DNA from: Adineta vaga
Lineage: Eukaryota; Animalia; Rotifera
Reading direction: 5' to 3'
Length of the DNA stretch: 64,000 nt
Assembly: GCA_021613535.1 (NCBI GenBank)
Contig: CP075495.1
Coordinates: 9,920,001-9,984,000, forward strand
Positions 31,882 through 46,331 of this stretch are shown here, piece after piece. The notes beneath the pieces were generated by a model. It ran no database searches. It worked only from the letters and a program-made list of their open reading frames with translations, and was not told the origin of the DNA. Both the position numbers and the translations under genes were made by a program. The first letter of the stretch is position 1. Each line of letters opens with the position of its first letter.

Positions 31882-33209
31882 TCAATGACATCAAATGATG
31901 TTGATGTTGTTTGCGAACGATTTTCCAGTATTTTACCATCAAATACTATTAAATTAGTACTTTATTCATACAACGAAGTTTTCTTTGAAGAAACATCTTT
32001 TCAATACATTCATGAACTTTTACTTTTCTTTCAAAGTGAAATTGAAAAGAATAGTAAAACTAAAGATAAATGTTATTGGATTGAAGTTGTTAATTCTAGT
32101 TCGATTGCCTTTCCAACAAGTATCGAAATACTATGTCGACATTTTGATATACATCCATTAACTATAGACGATATAAAAAGATTAGCATCTTATACCAAAT
32201 TAGATTTATTTAATCATAATGGTACTCTATATCTTCTAATGAAACTTTTAACATGGAATGGATATCGCGTTCAACAACAACAAATATCATTCTATTTGAA
32301 TTGTTCACAAAATTTATTAATTACAATTCAAGAACAATCTACCAATCACAATGAACCTTTCTTTCAAACGATACGGACTCGTCTTCGACGACAACAATTA
32401 CAAAATTATAATGAAGATTTGCAACAATATCAAACTACTCGTTTACGACAATTGAATGTTGATTATCTGTTTTATTGTTTACTAGATGATATTATCGATA
32501 GGTATGAAATGATTCATTCAAAAGTTTTTAAGATGCATTTTCATTTAGATATATGCTTATCATGGAAGAGATAGCGAATCGTATTGCTCAATTTGATCAA
32601 CATCTTATGCTTGATCGACAATTTCGAACAATATCTGTTCTTTATTCAATCTATTGTTTGAAACATGATTTACTTCATTTACGTATATTATTCAATCCAT
32701 TAAAAGAAATTATTGCTCGTTTACAACGAACAACATCCGATGATCCATCTTTATCATTTCCACGTACGGATCCATCATTACGATTAGGATTAAAACATCA
32801 TATAGTTCGTCGACAAGCCAAAACAGGTCGTTTATTATCGAAGTTTTCGAATAAAAAATCGAAATATTCATCCATCTATTTAAATGATTATATTTATGTT
32901 TATTTATACGATTTAAATAATCATATTGATCAATTAATTGATTCATTAGAAATTCAACGTGAAAGTGTTTCAATTCTTATTTCATTTTGGATTACATTGA
33001 ATAGCAATGAAATACAAGAAATACTTCAAATTCTTATGCTTATATCTGTGCTATTTATGCCATGTACATTAGTAACTGGTATGCATTCAACAAATTTCTA
33101 TTTTCAAGCATTCTTAGAATATCAATATGGTTATTATATACTTCTTTCGTTTTTAGCATTCATTCTTCTTAGTATGCTTCTATGGTATAAAGTTAAACAT
33201 TGGATCTAA
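31882..33209 (+). CDS. CorA-family divalent cation transporter (non-animal type); 5' end uncertain, possibly ATG at 31721
   Basis: CYWIEV, HFDIHPLTIDDI, QQQQISFYL, DYLFYCLLDDIIDR|Y, YLYDLNNHIDQLID, NEIQEILQILMLISVLFMPCTLVTGMHSTNF, YQYGYY and two C-terminal TM helices ending KVKHWI. A 47-nt GT-AG intron at 32502-32548 joins the ORFs in frame. Confidence 0.88.
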
Positions 33210-33216
33210 AGTGTTT

Positions 33217-35147
33217 TTAAACAAGATTGATATCATCATTTCGAGGATGTTCTTCTTTTGCCATTAGTTTCCATCGTTCTAATAAGAGATGTGCACTGTA
33301 TTCAATTTTTTCTTGATCTTTCATTGAATCTAATAAACCTCGATGTCTTCCCATTAACATTGTTAATAATAAAACAATTTTCGATGGATAAGAAAACACA
33401 GTTGCTAATGATGATTTTAAATTTGGATAACCCGTTGTTAATCCAACTGTTCCAAATGCAGATACAACTTCAAAGACAATTTTTATCACTGTAATATTTT
33501 CATCGAATGGAATCATATGATAGGATTCAAATGAACAAATAAGAAAAATAAAAATAAATAACCATGTTCGTGTACGTGTTAATAGTGTAAACGAATGTGA
33601 TAACATACGACGACACATAAAGATAATCAAAAGACGATATTTAATTAAAGTTGTCGTTTTTGTTTTCGAACTAGTTCGTCGAGGTGATGAAGTAAAATAA
33701 TTTTCTGCATGAGATCGAGCTTTTAAATTACGTTTTTTCAAGAGATGATGTAATCGTCGAATAGGAAATATATTCGAATTTGTGGAAGAATCATCTGAAA
33801 CTGTTGATAATGGTTCTTCTTCGATGTTATACGTAAGATTATTTAATCCATCACGAATAGTTTGCCATTCCCAATCGAATGGTGATTTATATAATGCACA
33901 TAACATTTGCGGTTTAACTGCCATTAAAAGTAAATAAATAATCAGAGTACCTTCTGTAAATAGATTGATATCAATTGTTTCAAAACCTGCAAAACGTGCT
34001 GATACAGTATGAAATGAAAAAATCAATAAACATTGACCAAATGTATATTCAATAAAACTTTGTGAACGATAATCCAGAATAATTGATACACAAATACTTA
34101 ACATATACAAACCAAAAGTAACAATTAAATAAATACGTGTTTGAACTGTAGGAAAAAGAACAGTTGATAAACGATGATTATTAAGGAGAATATAGTCGAA
34201 GATTATTTTCTGATGCCATGGAACAAGCCAACGAACAAACATAATGACATTACGAAAAATAAATGGAAAAAGTACATTGCCACTCATAACTAACTATTGC
34301 AAGAAAAAGAAAAACACAAACATAGCACATTTTCAATCGCTTTTGTTTCTCAAATAGAATATTTTACCATTATGATAATTATGTTAAGCATTGTATCGTG
34401 AACAAATCGAGAGAGACTATCTGACCATGGTGCTAGACCATTTTGATTAAATCCAGTAATAGTAATAATCAATGATGCATACCATGGATTTATTGATCGA
34501 CCATCTTGTCTCAATTGTGATAATCGATAATTTTTTTGTATCCAACTACCAATAGATAGGAATGCACATAAATAGATAGTTAAACATGTGATTGGAATTA
34601 ATAAAAGACAATAGACATATGCACAGTAACGTAATTTTTCAGCATGAGGTAATCGAGCTATTTTCATTTGTGCTTCAAGGGAATATTCTGTATTTTTTTC
34701 AGAATTTTGCCGAATAGAAAACGCTAAATGATCATTATCTACTTGTGGACCACTTGCATGTTTATGTGTTTGAGCTTTGATCATCAATGCTGGTAATGTA
34801 CTCACTGTAATGCCACCACATATTGTCAATATCATAAGAAGTATTTGTGATTGAGTTGATAAACGTGCAAAATCTAAAGTAGTTAAACCACAACTACAAA
34901 TACATGATGCAGCAATAAACCATGAATCCATATAGGTAACATACATAAATGGATTCGATTCAATATAATTTTCAATAACAAATACACCCAAACCACCCAG
35001 AAGACCAGCGAAAATAAAAATGAATACATGAATATAGAAGTAATGTCGCATACGCCATCGATAGAGATTTTTCCAAAATGTTATCGAAGAATTCGATTCA
35101 GTTTTTCTTAACGTTGAAAATTCATGACTTTTATCATTATTATCCAT
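33217..35147 (-). CDS. Trk/Ktr/HKT-family K+ transporter; 2 exons (35147-34368, 34293-33217)
   Basis: Four pore-loop motifs: SCICSCGL, TGFNQNGL, VSARFAGF, FEVVSAFGTVGLTTGYP. C-terminal SKIVLLLTMLMGRHRGL is typical of eukaryotic Trk/HKT. A 74-nt phase-0 intron joins the ORFs. Confidence 0.92.
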
Positions 35148-35460
35148 GGAGTTTGTACTCTATTATAGATATATATTCAAAATGAACAAAAAATAATCAT
35201 ATAATAAACTATTCGTTTACAGGTGAGCATCTCATATATCATATATGTATATATGACAAGAAAAAAAGAACGACGCAGTCAGTGCGTAGATTATATCAAA
35301 TAGTATTGATTAATGATGGATGAATTAGTTAGCAATGATTTCTTTTTATCATTAAATACCTGCATATCGACGATTGAGGTCACTTATTTTATGATTCATC
35401 ATCGATCAGAATTTAATAGTAAGAGATTTTTTTATTGAATAATGAGAAAAAACTGCACAA

Positions 35461-38400
35461 TTAAACATTCGTTTGTTTAGTAGTTACATTAGATACATTA
35501 GAATTTGAACAAAGAAGTTCTTTTAATTCAGACATAATTGTGGATCGATATTTTTTCTCTAATGAGACCATATATTCAATTACATTTCGCATTGAAAATC
35601 CTCGTATTTGATGACACTAAAAAGAGCAAATCATATATAAAGAAAGTGTAAGATTATTAGTTTCTTTTCTTTACATACTTTGAGAAATGGTAATAAATTT
35701 CTCGATGAATGTTGATAGATAATATCATTTTTCAAATGACGAAGAAGTGCAACACAAAAATATACTTGATAATCAATACCATAAAGAATACATACACAAA
35801 TATATGTCACAAGTTCTGGCCAATCTAATACAGACCAAAAACATTGTTTTGTCCAATGCACAACCATCTATTCGAATACAATTAGAATTATTAGTTTGAA
35901 TAAAATAATCATTAACTTACATGAGAAATTGCTAGACCAGACATACGAAAAGCAGCAAATATTGGTGCCATTTCTTGTTCAACAATTAACTCAACACAAT
36001 GGCCTATACCAGCATAGACAGGATGTAAACCATTTATGTTCATTTCATTACTAACAAATGGCTAATCAAAATAAAATCAATAAGATTGTCTTTTCATATA
36101 AAAATCTTCACGTGAAATACATACAGTATTGAAAAGACGTGCATACCAAAGAAAACCCGATGGTAAAAGTAATGAGAATGTACGTAACCATCGCCACGAT
36201 CGAATATCATCACCGCCCATCAAAAGAAAGATAGTTGTCGAAAACCAATCAAAGCCAGGATAGGCATCTGATAAACAGGTGTAATCTATATAGAAATCGA
36301 GAGAGTTATATAAACCTTTGTATTATACAAAAAGCAAATAACAAACAGAAATAGTCCTGTAATTCAATAATTATTTATTGAAACTTACTTAATCTATTCC
36401 CATTACCATCTGCCAATGCAGAAGCAGTTAGTAAATTTGAAAATGAAGAATTTACTGATGCAGATCCACCAAATTTAGAATTATTTGAGCTCGATGATGG
36501 AATAATAGATTTTTGTTTTAAATGAGATTTAAGTGCTTTCAATAATCGACTGAGATTTTGTTGACTAACAGATTGATCTTGAACAAGTCCAATACGAACA
36601 GCATAGCTAAAAGTAATATATATATATATAAATTTCCGAAGATTTCAAGTGAAATAATCGTACTTTAATGCTTTATTTACACCAAGTTCTTGTAATGGAG
36701 TTAATGAACTTGTCGATGATAGTTTTATTAGTGCATCTTCTATATAATATCAAAGAAAATATGAAAATAGCTCAAGAATACTATCTGTAGGATGAATATT
36801 TGTGCCTCGAAAGAACTTACTTTGAACAGTCATAGATGAGGATGATGAAGAATCACGCGATGGATTAAAAACAACATCCATATGAAGTTTATCGTAAATA
36901 TCAACAACAGCATCTAAGAGATCAGCCATAACTAAAGTAGATTAAATGATAGAAACTGTGAATTTACGAAAATGTCTTTAGCATACGAGAAAGTGGTACA
37001 GATTCTTGTGTTGATTGTCGAAGAGCAGTCATAAATAAATGGCGGCATTTTCCTAACCAACGATCATCAAGTCGATCTGGACGCGAACTGCGAATAAATC
37101 GATGTAATTCGTTCTCTTCTGTAATATATAATCTGATTAGTAAGATAGAGTATTGCAGTAAAGATTCTTACCTGTTTTTGTATTATTCAATCCACCATAA
37201 GTAACTTTAATTGTATAAACATCCGGAAGTGGCATCGAATCAGCAAATAATGGTATCGATGTTACGGCTACTGAATCGTTCTCATTTAATGTCCATGGTG
37301 GCATATTTTTCTCTTGAATTCCACCGATTAATTCTGCATTAACAAGAACATGATTACGTGCTAGACTTAATTGATCTAAGATAATATTTCCTCCAGATTC
37401 GATTTCTCCCTGTGCTTGTCGTAATATTTTAATGTAATTATACTTTATTTCTAATAATAATTGAACATCTAAATCTGATTGCATTACTGATAATAATCTA
37501 CAAAAATAAATATCATGTTCAAATAGTTCTTTTCATCTTGAAAGATTTCATCTAACCTTAATCCAGTTGTATGTGTATGTTCATAGGAAAGAAGTTTTCG
37601 AACTCCATTATCATCATTAACAAATGCGATTCGTTTTAATAAATGCTACAATAATAAAATATGGAGATAGAATCATCCAGAGTATAAAAGAAATCAAATC
37701 CTACCGAAAGAGTAGATGGTTGTGGATTTTCATCGGCATTATGAGGTGTTAATATTTCATTATCATCCATTGATAATAACTCAAATGCAGCAGAAAATGG
37801 ACAAACAACCGAAAGAAGACTTAATAGCGGCTGAAAAATAAACAAAAGCAAATTCACAATTATTTTCATTCAAATACTAGAAAAATTCAACAAAGTTCTC
37901 GAGATATATCTTTCTTTCCTGAGTACTGAAATGAAACTGGTTGATTTCTTAATAAATAGCAAGATATTACCAGAGCTTTTGAAGTACTCTAGATAGAAGA
38001 TTTTACTTTTAAAGCATATCGACTAATTGGTTCCGATGGAAAACGTCGTGGGAAAACAGTTGTTAAATCATCAGAAACATATTCTAATTCATTCCAAAGT
38101 TGATTAATTAAGTATTCAACAAAACCTTTATATAGAAAAATCAAACAAGTTCATGCGAATTTATCATAGAAATAATCTAAACCAACCAGATTCATATAAG
38201 CGTGAAATTACTGATGGTGTATTTGCCATTTGAGATAATAAATAACCGTAACCATATCTTTCTAGTTTTCCTACTTGACCTGTTGATCGCCAATGTTCAT
38301 CAATATAAATGATACATTCTGGTAAATAACCAGTTTGTGTCAATAGAAGAATTCCTAATATAAACAAGAAAAAACAAGATTATCAATCTTTTCGCTTTTG

Positions 38401-41400
38401 TTTTTCTCATTTACCTTTTGGTGTTGAAGCAAATAATAATAGATGATCTAATAAAGTTTCTTTCCATGATATATCGCTTTTATTCATTTGTTCTTCTGAT
38501 TCTGCTGATGGACTTCGGTACAAAGATGGTGTGTTTACTATTTCTGTCTAAATTCAATGAGAAATTCGAACAAAAAAGTAATTATACAAATGATTTTATA
38601 TTTAACTTACTTCAACTTTATATATATCAGCAAGTACTTTATGAAGATTTGTTCGTTTAATCGTTAGTAAACCTAATGTTCGAGAATAAATCAAACGACA
38701 AACATAGAGAAATTCTGCTAATAATTTTCTCGGCATTGTTGAATATGATGTTGGAAATGTTAAATCCGGTGTCATTATACCTGAACGATTGCTTGTATAT
38801 TGAGATAAAATACGTTTAACATAGGAAACAATCAGTAATGCTGGTGAATTTCTAAACAAGAAAGACATATGAATATCTAAGTTGATATCATTGTCTTACA
38901 GATTTGATGTAGCTGATGTTCGTATTAAATATTGATAGCCGACATCATTTGATGCCATAGCAGCAAATAAATCCGCAAGACTAATAAGACTATTTTCAGC
39001 AAAGGTATTTTGATTTGATCTTAGATAATCATTAAATGATTTTTTTGTTGAAAGATATTGTTTTATGGGTCGATACAATGTTTCGAACAGATCATCACTA
39101 CACATCAATGAACCACAAGTATCTGATTCAAGACAGAGTCTTTTCAATAATTGACAACATAGGCTGGATGCGGTTCCTATCGGAAAGAGACAGAATTCAC
39201 TGAAACAATCCTTATCAACGAATGAAACTCTTACTTCCACTATTTGCAGCAAACATGATTTGAACAAATATTCTTAATATTTCTTTGACATTAACTAAAA
39301 CAAAATAAATAAATTTGAGAGAAATTTCTAGAAGATAATTTACCTCGTTTATCATGGTTGATCATCAATGGGAAAAGATTTTCACGAGCTTGTTTCGAAT
39401 AAATTACATATTCAAGTAGAGCAAGTGAATATACGAAATGTACATTAGATAATTCAACTCGTGTATAATGTGATGAACTTGCTGGAACCATTGCTGGTGC
39501 TGTAGGATGTGCATTTGAAGATACTGGTGAACCTGTTGTAAGACTGGAAAGAAATGACGGTACTATTGTTGAACTATTTGTTGGTGGCACGATAGATCGC
39601 ATACTACTATCCGACGAAGCTGTAGCTAAATAGAATTATTATCAGTATTTTTCATTAAAAAAAAATACAAATTTACTTGTCGATCTTTTGCGAACACCAT
39701 ATGGATACATCGCATTATCATTTCCATCGTTTCCAACGTTCATTGGTTGATTGTGTGTATTTGCATAATTAAGAACAGATTGATATGCATTTACTAACTA
39801 AATCATATTAGATCACATGATTTTAGATTCGAAATAATTTCAACTTTAACTTACTAAATTCTTATTATTTGTTAATGCGCGTAAGACATACACACGACTA
39901 TATGTTGCATGCTAATTAATATGAAAAGAAATATCTTACAATAATTTCAGATAGAAAAAACTGTTATCATTTACCATCCATGTTCGAAACCAATTAGCTT
40001 CAGGATCTAGTAATGCAATAAAATGAAGTGGAAGTATGCGGCCTCCATTTGCTTCTGGAACTAGTATACCATATGAAAAGAGCCGTATTGTTTCTGTAAT
40101 TATATGTTCAACATGGCTGAAAAGGAAAAGAAATGTTTCCGTTGTTTTCGTAATCAAATTCATCATTTGAAATAAACCAAACCTTTCTGAATATCTCATC
40201 CAATATTTTGTAGTTTCTTGTAGAAAGTCCAGAATAAGAGTATCTAAACAAGAGAAAATTCTAGTGAACAATAAAACAAAAGATTTTCTTTTTTGTTACT
40301 TGTTTAAATTTGATTTCAATAATAGGATTGGAAATATCTATTGAAATAGCTGTTGATTGTAATTCATCAATATTTGGTGAAGAAAACCATTGAACTAAAT
40401 GTTCAACTAATAGAAACAAAAGAAATCTTCTAGAAACAAAATTCTTAAACAAATAAATTATCTTTTTTTACCAAGATTAGTCAATGTTTCACAAACAACG
40501 CTCATATTTGCTGCTGCCAATAAACGTGAATGTAATGTTAAACAAGCCATCTTCAACAACAACATAAAAAAAAATAACGCAAAGTTATCGTCAATCAATA
40601 TGTAATAAATTTATCTTACCGCTATTTCTAGATTTGTATCACCTAATGCAACTATTAAATGTGGACAAAGAATTTTCCAACTTCCAATTGAAATCACTTC
40701 ATTCGGAGCATAATTCAATAGATCATTCAGTGCACGAAGACGAATCTTAAATAAAATCATTTCTAAGTATAACAATTATAATTCTATAGTCTTACCTTTT
40801 CAGACCGAGTTGATGATAAATTATCAGCAACTGTACGTAAGTGATTGTCATCGAAAAACATTAAACTTTTCTAAATAGAAAAAAAAAGAATTGAGTATTC
40901 TATTTATTCATAAGTATAATTTCAAATATACATGACGACTAGTAGAACCATTTGTAAATGAATTTTCTGAATCACTTCCATAACTAATATTATAAGCTGA
41001 TGATCCACCAACACAGCCATATGTATCTGATAGATGATTTTCACCAATATCACTTAATGCAATGGAAGTTCCAGCAATAATATTATTGTCAACTAACAAT
41101 GTATCAGATGCTAATCCAAGAGCTGTCGATGATACAGATGGAGAAACTGGAAATTCTTCATCAAAATTGTCCACTAAATCAGCAAGTATTGAATGCAGAC
41201 GTTTTAAAGCATCATTACGAAATGTAATAAACTCCCGTGTTTCACTAATAGTTTGACTTATTGTTGATGCACCTTCTTGTTCTAATTTACTTTTATTAAA
41301 TGGTTGCTTTTGTTTTTTCATAGATGTATTTGCTACCATAGAACGTTCAATTTCTTTATCAATAATATCACTAAATGCACCATCGACTATACGATGTAAA

Positions 41401-41681
41401 CGAGCAAATAATTCCGAACTAGAAGAAATTAGAATACAAAAAAGAAAAAATCTAAAGCAATTTTTATCAAACTTTTGAGCAACATCATGAACAGATGATG
41501 ATAATGAATGATTTAACTGTTCATCTGTAAATGTTAAGTTTGGTGAACCACGACGTGCCGCTTTTAATAAAACAGGATCGAGTGATTTAAGAAATGTTTT
41601 CATTACATTTTGAACTTTATCATCGAACATATTCTCTGGAAAAACTTTTCCTGTTGTCATTGGTATACAATCTGAAAACAT
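35461..41681 (-). CDS. TBC1D32: Protein broad-minded (TBC1 domain family member 32), multi-exon
   Basis: HFIALLDPEANWFRTWM|HATYSR, YPGFDWFSTTIFLLMGGD, HWTKQCFWSVLDWPELVTYICVCILYGIDYQVYFCVALLRHL, IRGFSMRNVIEYMVSLEKKYR. These match recalled BROMI motifs. Confidence 0.88.
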
Positions 41682-42225
41682 CTTCAAATTTTTATATTGA
41701 TTATTGATTCTCTATCAATCGCATATGCGCATTTAAGAATGATAAATACGAACCATTCTGGATGTTGTTGCTTTGACGACTGAATACACCTCTCGTTCTT
41801 TTCTTTTTCATCATCTATTGTCTACGGCATTCATTGGTTGCCTAAAGAAATGTCGTTCATACACACCACGAATGAACAAAAAAAGAAATGTTCAGTCAAA
41901 TACTGTTCCGATTCCGAGCTGCTTCATTATTTTCTAAAAAGATAAAATTGTAGCAATAGTTTCAGTACTATCACTTTATATCAACGCCATTAGTTCATTG
42001 TAGAAAGAAGCTTTCCGTAAAAAATATCCACTATTGTCATCACATAGCAAAACCATAATTAGCATGTTCAAAGATCTATCAGATTTTCAATTCATATACA
42101 CAAATGCTACAGTGAAAATTATATTATTCATAATTAACAAAGAATCACAACATTAACAATATTTGTCTATAATTTACAATACAATTTTACAGAATATTTT
42201 AATCATATATATGCCTGAAAGTGAA

Positions 42226-43341
42226 TCATCTTCGTTGTGTTGTCCAATGATCGTTTGAATCAACAGATACTTGCGTACCATTTGCTTTGCTATTTAATGT
42301 ACCAATTTTTATTTGTTTGTTTATAGCAAGAATCTTTTGAGTATAGAATCTCACTCTTTGTATAAATATTGAACGGAATAAACGACTTGATAAGGTATAC
42401 ACATAAAATGATTTACAATAATTAGCATAGTATACAAGAGTTGTAAATGACATCAGAAATGATCCAACTAATCTATTATATCCACCCAGCGATGGACCTA
42501 ATACGTAATATGCATAATAGATCATTCGTGTCAGTATCAATACTGAACTAAAGCCAACTTGAAAAAGCATCATCTAAACAAAAATAATGATCAGCATTTT
42601 CACTCGCTCAATCATCATTGCACTCACGACTAAAAGTTGTGCATCAGTCTTCTGATCACGCCGTTGTTGTTGCTGATTCGATCCATTCACCTTCGCTATT
42701 GTTTTACCGGCTATTGCTATTCGTTGTTTCGATCGTCGAACATTCATCAATGTCACAAAACCAAAGATCAACATCAATACATGTGGAATAATACCCAACC
42801 AAAACACAACAAACATACTGTCATACATTGCAAAAGTGCCAGCTAATGCTCCACATCGTGGTCGAAGATCATATCCAATCACAATGTGAATACATGAAGT
42901 AAAAGCAAGAAGAATTGCACAGACACTTGCACGATAGGCCACTTTCATTTGACTGAACGATCGAAGACGAACATTCACCGATGATGACATACATCGATCG
43001 ATGGATGAAAGTAGTACTAAATAAGTAGCCACAAGTGGTAGAGCAGAAACAAGATAAGCCCGAAGTTTACAATATGTTCGATCTGAGTTGATGAGTGTAC
43101 TACCAAGATGGTCAGCAGCAAGTCGAGAGATGAGACCAAACGTGATGGAAAGAAGTTCGAAAAGAGCAGAGAGAAGAAAATAGAAGGCACATGAAGTTTT
43201 TCGAAGTTTGGGTGCCGTGAAAGTGATGAAGTTACAAAGACAGCCGAAAATGCCAATGATGAGAAGAATAATTGGACCATAGCATGTCATTGTAGTAGTA
43301 ATAATTTGTATTACCGCCGGAGTAGTTGTTGTTGTTGCCAT
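42226..43341 (-). CDS. Class A (rhodopsin-like) orphan GPCR, copy 1; exons 43341-42628 and 42573-42226
   Basis: Seven hydrophobic segments; TM1 GIFGCLCN, ECL1 YCKLRAY, TM3 SSIDRC (DRY-like), TM7 SFYVYTLSSRLFR. 54-nt intron. Confidence 0.9.
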
Positions 43342-45206
43342 ACTTTCTGAAGTTTTGTACAATTGAAAAAGTTTTATTTACAACGTTCTAAATAAATCGT
43401 ATTTATTTTAGTGTTGAATTATGATTACACACGTATATATATATATATATCACAGTTCCGATGGAGTGGAATTTAATAAATGTCCGCAAGTGACACTAGC
43501 TCAACGCGTGTTGCGAAGATATGATGGTCTCAGACATAAAGAATGTTCCTCGTATGAATGCTTCAGAATCGTTTAGAAATAATCTTGCTAATGATGTTGT
43601 TATACTTGAATACTATTTTCTTTTCCTGACTTCTATATTATTGTATTAATAACTTATCTTTTTCTAGAGTTGTAAAGAAAATTGTTGTGTTCGTTCTAGA
43701 TTTTCAGATCACACGCGAACTACTATCTTGCATTACTATCGGTTGTGTATTTCTTGACAAAAGTATGACTCGATATATATTTTTAACATTCATCTGGCCC
43801 TATTCTCATAGAAAGAACACACACATGTCTCAATTTCGAAACGAAATACATTCGTTTCTTATTATTACTAGTGTCTCTATACTCTCACTAAAGGATATTC
43901 AATGAATTGTTGTACACCTCATGAATTTCTATTTTTATTTATACCGGATGAGAATAATTCAGTGCACTTCTGACTAGTTTTTACTCACAAATCAAGACGT
44001 GGGGAAATTATAAGATAATAGATTACTATCTAGAAAATCTTATGACAAGTATTCGATTTTCTCAGTTCATCGTGAAATTACATAGCAGCCGCAATCAACG
44101 TTTGTTTTAAGTTAATAGTTGCACATACTATCGTGATTTGTATTCAATTCTTAATCTCGTGATATAAGTCTCGAATTTAAAACATCGGATAAAAAAGAAT
44201 TGCGATTTAAAAAAATGAATAACATGAGATGCCTTTAATTTATCAAAAACAAACATGTTAGTAACTAGAAATTAGTCAACTAATTTGAAACTACCCTAAT
44301 AATGACATATAATGAATATAAAATCAAAAGCGCAGCGGAATAGAGAGTTTGATAATTATTAAAGACCTTCTTATAAATTCATATTACATAGAAGTGATAT
44401 AGGTTTGAGTATCGAAGTGCTTGTAATTGCTTTCTCGCAATTATATTAAATTTTATTGGATGAGTACCTTTTTTTGAAGAATATCATTAATAAAGACCAT
44501 CATATCATATAAAGTATTTGCTTTTAAATGTATTTTTCTTATATTAATTATGTATATTTCTAGATTATTTTATACTTGAGCATGGTTCCAAGATTAAAAT
44601 ACACTAATTGAAGAAACTTTCTCAATAGAAAAAATAATTAGATCGAAATCCGGTTTCTTAATTGACTGAAAAAAATTTAAACAACTCTTGACAGTGATGT
44701 TAGTTATGTCAACGTTGTTGAATTATCACGAATGAAAGATGAAGAAAGATTTGTGATGTTTTTCTAACTATATCCAACAAAATAAAAAGAAGAAAAGACG
44801 TGACAAAATTTGATTGAAAGAGTCATAGTACAAGTGATACAGCATGATGGCCAAATCGAACGGGGGAAATAAAATGATGAATGTTAAAGAAAAAACAATC
44901 AAATCTAGCAAGTATACTTACTTTTATCAAAGCAGATTGCTCAAGAAAATATTAGCTGCAGAAAATCTAGAAGCTATGACCATGTTTTCGATACGTCTGT
45001 AATTGAATGCAGTATTGCATCATACTGATACCATCTTGTTCTATTGTCTCAGAAACATCTTCGAAATGCGAAATATCAATTAGCACATATATTTCTTGTA
45101 TGATTAATTCTTTTTATTACAAATGTATACAACATATAGATACGAGACAACAGTTTATTCAGTCTATGCCATCAATGTATAAATATATGTACTTCAGTCA
45201 AGTATA

Positions 45207-46331
45207 TTAAGAGAAATGTTGAGCTCGAACGGGGACTGTGGACTCCATAGTATTGACACTATTGTCCCCATGTATAACTGTTATATGTTGACAGAATACT
45301 TTTCGAATACAGAACTTCATTCTATTGATAAACGTTGAACGAAATAAATGACTTGATAAGGTATACACATAAAATGATTTACAATAATTAGCATAGTATA
45401 CAAGAGTTGTAAACGACATCAGAAATGATCCAACTAATCTATTATATCCACCCAGCGATGGACCTAATACGTAATATGCATAATAGATCATTCGTGTCAG
45501 TATCAATACTGAACTAAAACCAACTTGAAAAAGCATCATCTAAATAAAAATAATGATCAGCATTTTCACTCGCTCAATCATCATTGCACTCACGACTAAA
45601 AGTTGTGCATCAGTCTTCTGATCACGACGTTGTTGTTGTTGATTCGATCCGTTCACCTTCGTTATTGTTGTTGAACCTCCTACGGCTATCCGCTGTTTTG
45701 TTCGTCGAACATTCATCAATGTCACAAAACCAAAGATCAACATCAATGCATGTGGAATAATACCCAACCAAAACACAACAAACATACTGTCATACATTGT
45801 AAAAGTGCCAGCTAATGCTCCACATCGTGGTCGAAGATCATATCCAATCACAATGTGAATACATGAAGTAAAAGCAAGAAGAATTGCACAGACACTTGCA
45901 CGATAGGCCACTTTCATTTGACTGAACGATCGAAGACGAACACTCACCGATGATGACATACATCGATCGATGGATGAAAGTAGTACTAAATAAGTAGCCA
46001 CGAGTGGTAGAGCAGAAACAAGATAAGCACGAAGTTTACAATATGTTCGATCTGAGTTGATGAGTGTACTGCCAAGATGATCGGCAGCAAATCGAGAGAT
46101 GAGACCAAACGTGATGGAAAGAAGTTCGAAAAGAGCAGAAAGAAGAAAATAGAAGGCACATGAAGTTTTTCGAAGTTTGGGTGCCGTGAAAGTGATGAAG
46201 TTACAAAGACAGCCGAAAATGCCAATGATGAGAAGAATAATTGGACCATAGTATGTCATTCGAGTAGTGATGAACTGTATTTCTGCCGGAGTAGTGGTCG
46301 TGACGGCTAACGATGTAGTCGTTGTGGACAT
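45207..46331 (-). CDS. Class A orphan GPCR, copy 2; exons 46331-45594 and 45539-45207
   Basis: Near-identical to copy 1 from TM1 to helix 8, including the 54-nt intron. N- and C-terminal tails differ. Confidence 0.9.
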
